Shown: piece after piece, positions 1 to 9,261 of the stretch | Layout of the letters: every line of letters starts with the position of its first letter | How positions within the stretch are numbered: the first letter of the stretch is position 1 | Source: Promethearchaeum syntrophicum | GTDB taxonomy: Archaea; Asgardarchaeota; Lokiarchaeia; Sigyniarchaeales; Promethearchaeaceae | DNA length: 32,000 nucleotides | Assembly (NCBI RefSeq): GCF_008000775.2 | Contig: NZ_CP042905.2 | Coordinates: 3,120,001-3,152,000, forward strand | Reading direction: 5' to 3' | The notes under the pieces: generated by a model | What the model was told of the DNA's origin: nothing | What the model saw: only the letters and a program-made list of their open reading frames with translations | Databases searched by the model: none | Program-made: the position numbers and the translations under genes

Positions 1-408
1 ATTTACAATTTCAAATCCCAAATGTGAAAAATGGCCCATACAATTTAATATGATTAATACTACCACACCAATTTCAATCGCAAATATCATTATCTGGTTT
101 TTTCGTTCATTAATATCAACCTTACTCAATAATTTTTTCATTAGAATGTAAAAAATAACTCCAAGAATTGGACCCAAAAAAATAATTTGTAAAAGATAAT
201 TCCATGAAATATTCGCGTATTGGGTATCATTTGAATAATTCACATTTACACTTAATTGAAATGAACCATATCCCACATACCTGGATAAATATAAGAAAAA
301 TCCAAGTGGAATGAGAAAAATCATTAGAAACCAAATACCATTATGATATTTCTTTATTCTCTCCTTTATCTTCTTAGATTTCTCTTCTTCATTTATTACC
401 AAATTCAA
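1..408 (-). CDS. Hypothetical integral membrane protein, partial (C-terminus runs off the window edge)
   Basis: Not in the supplied ORF track. My own reverse-strand reading gives an open frame running off position 1. Candidate starts are TTG at 408 or 402, or ATG at 324. The translation reads ...KSKKIKERIKKYHNGIWFLMIFLIPLGFFLYLSRYVGYG...IIFLGPILGVIFYILMKK...IMIFAIEIGVVVLIILN, a basic N-terminus followed by helix-length hydrophobic segments. No family recognised. Confidence 0.4.
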   Translation of the reverse strand, partial: MNLVINEEEKSKKIKERIKKYHNGIWFLMIFLIPLGFFLYLSRYVGYGSFQLSVNVNYSNDTQYANISWNYLLQIIFLGPILGVIFYILMKKLLSKVDINERKNQIMIFAIEIGVVVLIILNCMGHFSHLGFEIVN

Positions 409-668
409 GTTTTTTCACTTCTTCTAAAGTAACATACCACAACTTATAATAAAATTCGATCTCACATCAAATAAGATTTTCCCCTCATGATAAAGACGGC
501 ATTGCTCCATTCTGATTTTTTTCTCTTCTAATGAAAAAAGTTATAAATAAATTACTTGAGAGTTATATGTAAAGGATTTTAGGAAATTTACTAGTTTCAT
601 TAATTAATAGAATTAAATTACGGATGACATAAATGAGTGAACAAGAATGAGGTTAAACGGAAAAAATA

Positions 669-1985
669 ATGATGGGGGATTTAATATTGGCGGATAAAAT
701 CAGCGCTTTTACCCGTTTTTTAAAATTTCAAGTGTTAATTATTGGTTTTATAAAAATGGGAGAATTCGTATTTTTCTTTTTTGAACAAAATTATATCAAT
801 TTATATGTTGAACAGATTTTGGGGAAAAGTGAATATTATGTCTCTTGGTTAGTCTCCCTTAGTGCCGTAATGGGTATAATTTTTCAATTTGTTTGGGGTG
901 TTATCAGTGATAATACACGGTCAAAGTATGGTCGAAGGCGTCCATTTTTTATCTTTGGAGGATTCCTTGCTGGGATATCTATGATTATATATGCGTTTTC
1001 AAAAAGCTATTGGTTATGTTTAATTTTAGACGGAATTATTATTGCTATTGGCACCAATGCTTATCTCGCTGCAGAACATTCTCTTATCCCGGATATATTT
1101 GAGAAAAAACTACGAGGGAGAGCAAATGGTATTATTTTTGTAATGGGTAATATCGGAATGGTTATTGCTTTAGCCCTATTTCTTATTACTGAAGAAATTT
1201 TTGGGTATGAAGGACCTCAAGGAGGGACCATTCTTGAATCAACAGGTTTTATATTATTACTAACAGTTGGAGGTGCATTTATCATTATTGGAGGTATTCT
1301 TGGATTTTTATTCGTTCGGGAAAAACCTACAGATGAACTTCAACCGAGAAAGACATTTAAAGCCGAAATGAAAGAGACATTTAGAGTAAGTGAATTAAAA
1401 AACCATAAGGAATTTGGAAAGAACATTTTAGCAAATATGGTTTTCAGAATTGGGTATTCGACTATTATGCCGTTTCTTTTCAGTTATATTTTCAGTTTGG
1501 GAATGGATTTAGTTGAACTTTTAATTTCCATAATGGTTGTATCATTTCCATTAGTTTTTATATTTACATACGTAATTGGGGTATTAAGTGATAAATATGG
1601 AAGGAAGAAATTCTTGATTATTACACTTTTTATTATGGCTTTAGGATTGAGTTTAGTTCCTCTTATTGGCGGACCAAGTGATTACAGTTATGCTTTGATC
1701 CTCCTTTGTTTTCCATTTATTATGATTACCCTTTTGGGTTTTGATGCTCCTATGAATTCTTGGACTCAAGATTTATTACCAGAAAATAAACGAGGACAAT
1801 TTATTGGAATAATGAATATAACCATGAATGTCCCCCAAATAATCGGTTCCTTTATAGCTGGTTATGTGGCTATAGAATACGGGAAACAATGGATATTTCC
1901 TACAGCAGGTGCATTCTTAATACTTTCGATCCCCTTTTTCCTTTGGATCAAAGATACTCTTGGTCCGAAATCAGATCCCGAATAA
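669..1985 (+). CDS. MFS transporter of the glycoside-pentoside-hexuronide (GPH)/sucrose-transporter-like type, probably an oligosaccharide or glycoside:cation symporter
   Basis: 438-aa ORF with about 12 hydrophobic segments. After TM2 it carries GVISDNTRSKYGRRRPFFIFG, the D-x-x-R-x-x-x-G-R-R-R-P signature typical of GPH/SLC45-like carriers. A second-half echo is GVLSDKYGRKKFL. Confidence 0.85.
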   Translation: MMGDLILADKISAFTRFLKFQVLIIGFIKMGEFVFFFFEQNYINLYVEQILGKSEYYVSWLVSLSAVMGIIFQFVWGVISDNTRSKYGRRRPFFIFGGFLAGISMIIYAFSKSYWLCLILDGIIIAIGTNAYLAAEHSLIPDIFEKKLRGRANGIIFVMGNIGMVIALALFLITEEIFGYEGPQGGTILESTGFILLLTVGGAFIIIGGILGFLFVREKPTDELQPRKTFKAEMKETFRVSELKNHKEFGKNILANMVFRIGYSTIMPFLFSYIFSLGMDLVELLISIMVVSFPLVFIFTYVIGVLSDKYGRKKFLIITLFIMALGLSLVPLIGGPSDYSYALILLCFPFIMITLLGFDAPMNSWTQDLLPENKRGQFIGIMNITMNVPQIIGSFIAGYVAIEYGKQWIFPTAGAFLILSIPFFLWIKDTLGPKSDPE

Positions 1986-2010
1986 TGTAAAATGAGCATC
2001 CTGATGGGTC

Positions 2011-2028
2011 TTCTTTTTTTTTTATTTT
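2011..2028 (+). terminator. Oligo-T tract (T10 then T4) 26 nt after the transporter stop; candidate archaeal-type intrinsic terminator
   Basis: The sequence ttcttttttttttatttt lies directly downstream of the stop at 1985. Oligo-T is the established archaeal termination signal, but in an AT-rich genome this is weak evidence. Confidence 0.3.
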
Positions 2029-2070
2029 AATGGGAAGATTATTATTGGTGAAGGGGAATATAATTTAAAT

Positions 2071-4086
2071 ATGGAAGAAGAATTTTTCAAAACGACCTCT
2101 GTGACTGATTTTAAATTGAAAAACATAGGGAATCCTCCTAGAGGATACAATATTCAAAGAAATCAAGATGTTTATTCTAAATTTCCATTTAAACCAGACT
2201 ATTCAGATCGTAAATCAGATTTTATCTCTCATTGCCTTCAAAATCCAGGGACTGATGCTATCAAAGGTTACTACTATGAATTGGTGCGAATTTCAGAAAA
2301 TCAGGGACCAATCTGGCAGGAATTAATTGAAAGTGCTTTAAATTATATCGATTCAAGGTTAGATTGTTCTGATTTTGTTCTCTTAGGAATAATGCGTTTA
2401 TACTGCCAACTCAGTCAAAAACCATTAGTGACCCCGAAAATTCTCCAACATTCAAAAAAAACCATCCTAATGTTTAAATATTGGCCTGATGAACCCGGAA
2501 ATGATTCAATGTGTTATTGGACCGAAAATCATCATATTATGTTTGCCGTGAATGAATATTTAGCAGGACAATTATTCCCAGATGAAATTTTCAGTAATTC
2601 TAAAATGTCAGGTAGAGAAAAAGTCACGAAAGCGAGTAAACGGATATTAAAATGGTTGGAATTGCGATTTTATACTGGATTCAATGAATGGTTATCAAAT
2701 ATTTATTTTGATGAAGATTTAACTGCCCTTCTTAATCTGATTGATTTTTGTAATGACACTGAAATAGTGAGGAAAGCAAAAATTATTGTGGATTTATTAC
2801 TCTTTGATATGGCACTAAATTCCTTTTATGGACAATTTGTTTCAACCCATGGACGGTGTTATGCAGCTGAAAAGAAAAATGCTTTGATAGAATCAACGAC
2901 TGATACCATGAAACTGGTATTTGGAATGGGCGTATTTGCGAACAATGATAATATGAGTGCAGTTACCCTAGCTTTAAGTGAGAAATATACTCCACCAGAA
3001 GTTCTTATAAGTATCGCATCTGACGTAAACAGATCAGAAATGCAAAATTTACAACGTGTGGGTATCAAAATAAGAGAAGCTGCAAAATGGGGTATAAATT
3101 ACAAGGATGTTGATAACGGATTGATCCTTCTTTCTTTTGAATCTTATGTTCATCCAAAAACAATTAATGTAATGGTAAAAATGCTCGATCGGTTTAGGTG
3201 GTGGGATAATCAATTCTTTCAAGAATTTGGACCCTTTAAACAAGCGTTGAGGATTGGGAAATATTTTGGTCTTACCATTTGCTTAGCTCTTATTTTTATA
3301 AAAGATTTAACTAGAAATACTCGAGAAGAAAATAATATCTATACTTATCGAACTCCTGATTATATGCTCAGTTCTTCTCAAGATTATCGAAAGGGCTATG
3401 GAGGGGATCAACAACATATTTGGCAAGCCACTCTTGGTCCAGAAGCAGTATGTTTTACAACACACCCGGGAGGGTATGAAAATACAGCACCTGAGGGATA
3501 TTGGTTAGGATCTGGTTATTTACCTCGCGTAGGCCAAGTGAAAAATGTTTTAATTTCAATATATAAAATTCCAAGGATGGGAGGAATATTGCTACGAAAA
3601 AATCTGCCATTTACCCATGCTTGGATCCCTAAAAACAAATTCGATGAAGTGATAGAAAGAAATGAATGGGTTTTTGCTCGATATCAAGAAGGTTATTTGG
3701 CACTTTTTTCTCAACATAAATATTACTGGCATCCCCAAGGGGGAGATAAAGATATGGAAATTATTGCCAATGGACGCCACAATATTTGGATTATGGAAAT
3801 GGGTCGAAAAGAAGATTATGGATCTTTTTCAGCTTTTGTTGATTCAATTTCATCATCAAACCTCAAGTTCGGTCGTCAGTCTGTCAAATATGCATCCCCG
3901 AGTCAAGGAAATCTAGAATTTGGATGGAATGGACATTTAAAACAAAATGGGAAAAAACTAAATCTAAAGAATTATCCTCGTTATGCGAATCCTTACTGTA
4001 AAACATCTTTTGGAGCCGAAAATATACATATTAAGCATTTAGATAAGGAAATATTTTTAGATTTTAATAAGGCAGGTAGAACCTAG
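2071..4086 (+). CDS. Cytoplasmic paralogue (671 aa) of an unassigned enzyme-like family; tentatively an (alpha/alpha)-toroid polysaccharide or oligosaccharide lyase-like protein (heparinase II/III or alginate-lyase-like)
   Basis: Long uninterrupted ORF with no N-terminal hydrophobic signal. It shares collinear blocks with the 9262-11313 protein: KYW..EP..D.M..WTENH, GF.EW.SNIYF, VDL..FD, THGR, SEKY.PP, YTYRTP.Y.LS..QDY.KG..G.Q.HIWQA.L, PGG, THA..P, SPSQG. The lyase call rests only on size, the N-H motif within a helical N-terminal half, and the KDG-pathway neighbourhood. The coding call is secure; the functional call is low confidence. Confidence 0.6.
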   Translation: MEEEFFKTTSVTDFKLKNIGNPPRGYNIQRNQDVYSKFPFKPDYSDRKSDFISHCLQNPGTDAIKGYYYELVRISENQGPIWQELIESALNYIDSRLDCSDFVLLGIMRLYCQLSQKPLVTPKILQHSKKTILMFKYWPDEPGNDSMCYWTENHHIMFAVNEYLAGQLFPDEIFSNSKMSGREKVTKASKRILKWLELRFYTGFNEWLSNIYFDEDLTALLNLIDFCNDTEIVRKAKIIVDLLLFDMALNSFYGQFVSTHGRCYAAEKKNALIESTTDTMKLVFGMGVFANNDNMSAVTLALSEKYTPPEVLISIASDVNRSEMQNLQRVGIKIREAAKWGINYKDVDNGLILLSFESYVHPKTINVMVKMLDRFRWWDNQFFQEFGPFKQALRIGKYFGLTICLALIFIKDLTRNTREENNIYTYRTPDYMLSSSQDYRKGYGGDQQHIWQATLGPEAVCFTTHPGGYENTAPEGYWLGSGYLPRVGQVKNVLISIYKIPRMGGILLRKNLPFTHAWIPKNKFDEVIERNEWVFARYQEGYLALFSQHKYYWHPQGGDKDMEIIANGRHNIWIMEMGRKEDYGSFSAFVDSISSSNLKFGRQSVKYASPSQGNLEFGWNGHLKQNGKKLNLKNYPRYANPYCKTSFGAENIHIKHLDKEIFLDFNKAGRT

Positions 4087-4092
4087 ATAAAT

Positions 4093-6111
4093 TCAATACT
4101 TTTTATTAAATATTTTCCGATCTTGGTATTGAGCCCAAATTTTTTCAAACCATACATTTACTTTTGGGATTGGACGACATTTAACCCATTGTGTTTCGAG
4201 TTTCAATTCTCCATAAACATTCCTACTATTAAAAATTTCTAAAATTTTATCATCTAAATTGAAATTACGCGGTTTTATGGGATATTTTTTAAGTTTTGGA
4301 TGATAAATGGATGCATTCTGATCATCTCCTTTATTGATTATTAAAAAGGATCCTCTACTTCCACCTTCATGCATAATATAGGTTTGAATGCTCATTAAAT
4401 AGGTTATTTGGCATATTAAAGCATCTAAGGTTTTCAAAGCGCCCAAAAGCTCTCTCCCGGAATTTACATGAATTTTAGAAAAGAATCTGTTTAAATCGTT
4501 CCGTGATATTTTTAAAATGTTGTTAATTTCAATTAAATTTCGAGTATAAGCTCCAGATTTCATCATTCGACTTTGAATCTTGTCCAAGAGATATATTTGG
4601 TTCGATTCAGGAGATTGTTCATCATTTTGGAATAATTTTATTAAGAGCGATAATAAGTGAGATTTTGTATTTATTGCATGAACTGAGAATTCTTCTGCAG
4701 TTAAGAATTCCTTCCATTTTCCATATGCGATTTTTTCAGCAACCCTAATTCCTCCTACTTGCCCTGAATTTAATGCTGATCCTCCCGGTCGATGAACTCC
4801 GTGGGATCCATTTACTTCTCCAATTGCAAATAAATGAGGGACTGAGGTTTCCCACCATATATCTCCCGAAATTCCCCCATTACAATGTTGAGCACAAACA
4901 CCAATCTCCAAAGGTTCTGTGTATAAATCAATTCCATTATTCTTATAAAGATTGATGGCTTCTGGGTTCATGTTAGACAATCTATCAATTGGAATAGTCT
5001 GAATTGCACCACTATTTTCTAAATATTCTTTTGCTTCAACACTAAGTTTTTCCCAATCAAATCCTGAGGGGTTTTGCATGAAATTCATGTAAACCTTACG
5101 ATTGCGTTCAATTCTCTCAACATGAATAGCCATGTCAATTAATGAAGAGCCATAATCAGCTATTCGTTCAACATTAAAAGGCCACTGATATCCTTTAAGA
5201 AAAATAGCATTTATCAATTTTTCAGTTGTTGGAAAATATTCTTGTAAAAATTCTCTTTGTTCAGTATTTGGATCTAAAATATCATCCTCAGCCGCGATCG
5301 AAAAATAACGAGGAATTACTTGCTGGTAACTACCACTTACATTCCATCGAAATTTCAGTGATGCTAATCCAAATTGGGATTCAGTCAAGTTTTGAAGTTT
5401 TGCACCTGCAGAAATTGCTAAACTGGTTGATCCCCATTGAGAATGAGGATAGACGGAATATTTGTACATCCCAGAAGGACCCCCTGTCGCTAAAATAATA
5501 AAATCTGATTGAATAATATTTAGGCTTTTATTCACTATATCTTTTGAGAGATCATCACATGATTCAATTTTGTTTAAATTAAGATAAATAAGACCACATA
5601 CCTTTCCTTTCTGATCTTTTATTATTTCCACAACCAAAGATTTATCTAGAATTTGGATGTTTCTTCTGCGAACTTCATTTAAAAGTAATTTTCCCATCTG
5701 TTGTGACGTTAAAGGTCCTGCTGACGTCCCTCTTTGTAATGGATCGTTATCAGTTTTATACCCAACATATGTACCATATTGATCATGGGGAAAAGAGACT
5801 CCAAGATTTACCAAATTCATAAAAGCTTGAACCGAGCATGTTGCTTCAATTAAAGCAATATCTCCATGCATAGACCCTCCATCAAAGAGCGTTTGGGCCA
5901 TTTTTGATGGAGAATCACGAATTTCTCCTCCAAGAGATAGTTTATAATACGTTTGTTTATCCGATCCAGCTTCAAAGGATGTCCCCCCTCCCAATTTTTC
6001 AGTAATAATTAAAATTTGGTCCGAGGGAATATTTCTTTTTACTAATTCAACAGCACAATTAAGCCCTGCAGCACCGCTACCAATGATTATGGTATGAAAT
6101 TGCGAATTCAT
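4093..6111 (-). CDS. FAD-dependent oxidoreductase of the fumarate reductase/succinate dehydrogenase/L-aspartate oxidase flavoprotein superfamily (FAD_binding_2-like), 672 aa
   Basis: N-terminal dinucleotide fold IIIGSGAAGLNCAVEL. C-proximal block AIGEVNGSHGVHRPGGSALNSGQVGG matches the G-x-N-R-L-G-G-N-S-L type motif of this superfamily. SD GAGGTGGA (reverse complement of 6117-6124) lies 5 nt before the ATG at 6111. Confidence 0.8.
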   Translation of the reverse strand: MNSQFHTIIIGSGAAGLNCAVELVKRNIPSDQILIITEKLGGGTSFEAGSDKQTYYKLSLGGEIRDSPSKMAQTLFDGGSMHGDIALIEATCSVQAFMNLVNLGVSFPHDQYGTYVGYKTDNDPLQRGTSAGPLTSQQMGKLLLNEVRRRNIQILDKSLVVEIIKDQKGKVCGLIYLNLNKIESCDDLSKDIVNKSLNIIQSDFIILATGGPSGMYKYSVYPHSQWGSTSLAISAGAKLQNLTESQFGLASLKFRWNVSGSYQQVIPRYFSIAAEDDILDPNTEQREFLQEYFPTTEKLINAIFLKGYQWPFNVERIADYGSSLIDMAIHVERIERNRKVYMNFMQNPSGFDWEKLSVEAKEYLENSGAIQTIPIDRLSNMNPEAINLYKNNGIDLYTEPLEIGVCAQHCNGGISGDIWWETSVPHLFAIGEVNGSHGVHRPGGSALNSGQVGGIRVAEKIAYGKWKEFLTAEEFSVHAINTKSHLLSLLIKLFQNDEQSPESNQIYLLDKIQSRMMKSGAYTRNLIEINNILKISRNDLNRFFSKIHVNSGRELLGALKTLDALICQITYLMSIQTYIMHEGGSRGSFLIINKGDDQNASIYHPKLKKYPIKPRNFNLDDKILEIFNSRNVYGELKLETQWVKCRPIPKVNVWFEKIWAQYQDRKIFNKKY

Positions 6112-6136
6112 TTAATTCCACCTCAGAGGAAATCCC

Positions 6137-6913
6137 TTAAAGCCTACGTATATGGAATCCACCATCAAGATTTAAAACTTGTCCAGTAGCATAGGGAATC
6201 AATCCTTCTGCTAAAGTTACAGCGGCTTTTCCTATATCTTTTGGATCCCCCCAACGTTTTATTGGTAAAATTCCTTCCCTAATTAATTTATCATATTTAG
6301 ATTTAACTCCATTAGTCATTGGAGTTTTTATTATCCCTGGTTGTATTTCATATACGGGAAAATCATATTCTGCCAAGCGATCGGCATAGAGTTTCGTCAT
6401 CATGGATAATCCCGCTTTGGAAATACAATATTCACCACGAGAGGTCGAGCTTGTAAAAGCAGATATACTTGAAATAGTTATTATTGAAGGATGATAGTTT
6501 TCAATATTTCCTTTTAGACGCAGTTCAATCATAAAATTAACTAATTGTTGGGTTAAAAAATAAGGTCCTTGTAGATTAATTTTTATCACATATTCAAAAT
6601 CTTCTTCAGAAGCTTCTAAAATATCTTTCCTCTCAGGAGGTGCAACCCCCGCATTATTTACCAGTACATCGATCCTTCCTATATTTTTCTTAATTGTCTC
6701 TATTAGGTTCTCACGAGATTCGCTGGAAGAGATATCACATTGAATAAACATGCTGGATTTTTCGTAATTCTCAAAAATATTTTCTTTTGGCTCATGTCGA
6801 GCACAAATGATAACATAATAATTTTTGGAAAGAAATTCATGAGCGATTCCTAATCCAATTCCTTGCGTTCCACCTGTAACCAATACTACTTTTTGATCAA
6901 TTTCTTCGTCCAT
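6137..6913 (-). CDS. Short-chain dehydrogenase/reductase (classical SDR); KduD/FabG-like keto-sugar-acid reductase is plausible from context
   Basis: The 258-aa protein carries VTGGTQGIGLGIA (TGxxxGxG), NNAG and the catalytic YCISK (YxxxK). SD GGAGAT lies 7 nt upstream of the ATG at 6913. Confidence 0.9.
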   Translation of the reverse strand: MDEEIDQKVVLVTGGTQGIGLGIAHEFLSKNYYVIICARHEPKENIFENYEKSSMFIQCDISSSESRENLIETIKKNIGRIDVLVNNAGVAPPERKDILEASEEDFEYVIKINLQGPYFLTQQLVNFMIELRLKGNIENYHPSIITISSISAFTSSTSRGEYCISKAGLSMMTKLYADRLAEYDFPVYEIQPGIIKTPMTNGVKSKYDKLIREGILPIKRWGDPKDIGKAAVTLAEGLIPYATGQVLNLDGGFHIRRL

Positions 6914-6940
6914 TTTTAAGATCTCCTTTTCTTTTTCTTA

Positions 6941-8326
6941 TTAATTATTCTCCCTTTTCTTTCCTTTAAAATATGGTAGATAAGTTTCTGAATCTCGAAT
7001 AACACATCCGGTAACACTACTTTTACGCATTAATTCAGTACATTTAGAACAAGTAATACAACCTTTATTTGGATTCAATGCATTTTTCAGAAGAATTTGT
7101 TGTCCAAATTCAGGGTTTGCAAATGCCATCCTTCCATATCCAATTATATCCACATTTCCTTGAGATACTTCATAAGCTGCTATATGAGGAGAATATTCCC
7201 GTAACCATGAATATCCTGTCCCAATAATTTTTATTTCTGAAGGAACGGAAGATTTTATTTTTCGAGTTAGATTTATAAATCGATAAACTCCCTGTAAAGG
7301 ATGTTCGTTAGGAAGATTTGCACCTTGTACGGGTTGATCAAATGGACGAGATATACTTGAATCGAAATATGGATTTCCAAGGGTTAAATTGAATAAATCC
7401 ATCCCAATTTCGTGCAAGTCTTTAATTAATTTGATTGGTTCCTCCAAATTTGGAACTGGAGGATATCTATCACTTATTTGTTTTTCTACGCCCCACCCAT
7501 AGGGATAAGGAATTCCGTCATAAATATTCATCCGAGAACAAATAAGAAACTTTTCAGAAGAAAATTGGGATACTATCTCTTTTATTATAGATATTAACCA
7601 TTTTGTTCGCGTTGTATAAGAATCTCCTCCATATTTTGAGTTTACACGAGTAAATGCACTCAGAGATTCATTTAATAAATATCGGTGGCAAATCTTGATA
7701 TCAACTCCATCAAAACCTATCTCTTTAGCTAATTTGGTAGTCTCTATGAATTGTGATTTTATTTCTTCTAATTCACTATCTGATAGGATTTTTCCATCTG
7801 ACAAAGTTTGGTGATAAGCATTATCTAAAGGTTCATAGGAATACATTCTTTGTGGAAATTTTATTCCAGGACGAGAATACCGTCCGGAATGGTTGAGTTG
7901 AAGAATTTTAATTGATTTTTTAAAAATTTCATTCTTCCTACTCAATTCTTCCTCGGATTTTTCCGCTTCGTGTATAATTGTTTGAAAAGCATTTTTATTT
8001 TCTTCGTTTAACATAAGTTGGTTAGGATTTGAACGACCTTGAGGAGTTATGGCAGTGGATTCATACCAAATAATTCCGACACCTGATAAACCAAATCTTT
8101 GATATCTTCTTTTAGTTAAACGAGAAGGAGAACCATTAGTTTTAGCATCACAACCTTCCATTGGATGAATACAAAGTCGGTTAGAAATATTTAAATCACG
8201 GATTTTCAGAGGTGCTTTAAGCGATTCCAAATTCGTGGATAAATTTATATCAAGTTTTAATTCCTCTATCTTTTTTTTAAGTTGATCCTTCGATTTAAAT
8301 TTAAAAATTTCATGCTTTTGGTTCAA
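6941..8326 (-). CDS. Old-yellow-enzyme / NADH:flavin oxidoreductase family TIM-barrel flavoenzyme (2-enoate or 2,4-dienoyl-CoA reductase-like N-terminal module) with a C-terminal Cys cluster
   Basis: The 461-aa protein carries IHPMEGCDA, IGFDGVDIKICHRYLLNESLS (compare the GFDGVEIH.AHGYL..QFLS consensus) and GYGRMAFANP. The C-terminal CITCSKCTELMRKSSVTGC resembles the Fe-S ligand patch of the enoate-reductase branch. TTG start follows an AAGGTAAT SD-like element. Confidence 0.8.
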   Translation of the reverse strand: MNQKHEIFKFKSKDQLKKKIEELKLDINLSTNLESLKAPLKIRDLNISNRLCIHPMEGCDAKTNGSPSRLTKRRYQRFGLSGVGIIWYESTAITPQGRSNPNQLMLNEENKNAFQTIIHEAEKSEEELSRKNEIFKKSIKILQLNHSGRYSRPGIKFPQRMYSYEPLDNAYHQTLSDGKILSDSELEEIKSQFIETTKLAKEIGFDGVDIKICHRYLLNESLSAFTRVNSKYGGDSYTTRTKWLISIIKEIVSQFSSEKFLICSRMNIYDGIPYPYGWGVEKQISDRYPPVPNLEEPIKLIKDLHEIGMDLFNLTLGNPYFDSSISRPFDQPVQGANLPNEHPLQGVYRFINLTRKIKSSVPSEIKIIGTGYSWLREYSPHIAAYEVSQGNVDIIGYGRMAFANPEFGQQILLKNALNPNKGCITCSKCTELMRKSSVTGCVIRDSETYLPYFKGKKRENN

Positions 8327-8384
8327 TTTGATTACCTTGGTTGGATTTGTTAACTTTTTTTTAGTTATTAATAATAAAAAATCT

Positions 8385-9245
8385 TTAGACGCTACCTAGA
8401 AGAAACATGAGAAACGCGATGAACACACTTATTCTTAGTAATATCATAATTGCTGGATTATATTTCTCATCCAATTTCAAAGAAAAGGTTAAAAAAGCAG
8501 CGATCCCATCACAAAATATAACAATTAGCATCGGAATTAGATAAAGCGTCGAATTATAGATGTTAAGGAAAATAGGCAGAGTAATACATATAATTGTAAC
8601 AATTTGTGCATAGAAAGCATTTCTTTGAGTTTTAATTGGACCATAAATCTTGATGAGGGGATTGATTTGATCCGCTTTTTCATTTTTTCGCACTTTGAAA
8701 CTACGAATTACCTCTTTCGAAAATTGGAGAGAAAATCCAGCAATAAAGAAAAGAATTATGTAGAAAGGTATATTCCAACCGTTCAGAGTTGCTCCATAAA
8801 AAAATCCAAAAGAGAACGAGAAGCTACTGATGATAATAACAAGGGTACTTCTATTTTCCATTTTTTTTCCGAAAAAGATTGATAGATTCCAAATAATTCC
8901 AATTAAAATCATGGAAATAATATTGAAAACACCAATATCATAGATTATTGAGTGAAGAAGTGCGAGAACAAAGGCACTGGAATAAAAAATACCACAAAAG
9001 ATTAATATTAATAGAGGATTTTTTAATTCATTTGTGGTCTCTTCATCCATTGATTGCAACCAAAGTGCGAGTAACATTCCAGATATTGCTAATAAAAAGT
9101 AAGTTGGCACACCTATATAGATATTAATACTGACTCTTCCCATTCCTATCTCCATTCGGGTATTTAATATACCAAAAAGTGTCAATATACTAGCAGCCAT
9201 CCAATTAAATGGTTTTAAAGTGCGGAAGATTTCTTTTTTGTTCAT
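8385..9245 (-). CDS. Polytopic membrane protein (about 8-9 TM), possibly a divergent UbiA-fold protein whose Asp-rich motifs are not conserved
   Basis: I prefer ATG at 9245 (MNKKEIFRTLKPFNW...), which follows GGAGAG, over the track start at 9290, which overlaps the upstream gene. The topology and the loop ...KEVIRSFKVRKNEKADQINPLIKIYGPIKT... loosely recall UbiA prenyltransferases. The expected NDxxDxxxD motif is replaced by QSMDEETTNE. Confidence 0.55.
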   Translation of the reverse strand: MNKKEIFRTLKPFNWMAASILTLFGILNTRMEIGMGRVSINIYIGVPTYFLLAISGMLLALWLQSMDEETTNELKNPLLILIFCGIFYSSAFVLALLHSIIYDIGVFNIISMILIGIIWNLSIFFGKKMENRSTLVIIISSFSFSFGFFYGATLNGWNIPFYIILFFIAGFSLQFSKEVIRSFKVRKNEKADQINPLIKIYGPIKTQRNAFYAQIVTIICITLPIFLNIYNSTLYLIPMLIVIFCDGIAAFLTFSLKLDEKYNPAIMILLRISVFIAFLMFLLGSV

Positions 9246-9261
9246 AATTTTCACTCTCCAA

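Noticed and set aside
487-515. C/D-box sRNA-like elements (ATGATA ... CTGA) in the 340-nt non-coding stretch upstream of the transporter.
   Set aside because: The C box is imperfect (TGATAA, not TGATGA). Only about 19 nt separate the boxes. There are no C'/D' boxes and no terminal stem. Chance occurrence is likely.
4086-4093. Convergent gene pairs whose stop codons are almost back to back: 4086/4093, 23467/23471 and 31079/31099.
   Set aside because: This is noted as tight packing with no room for separate terminators. It is common in compact prokaryotic genomes and gives no specific functional signal.
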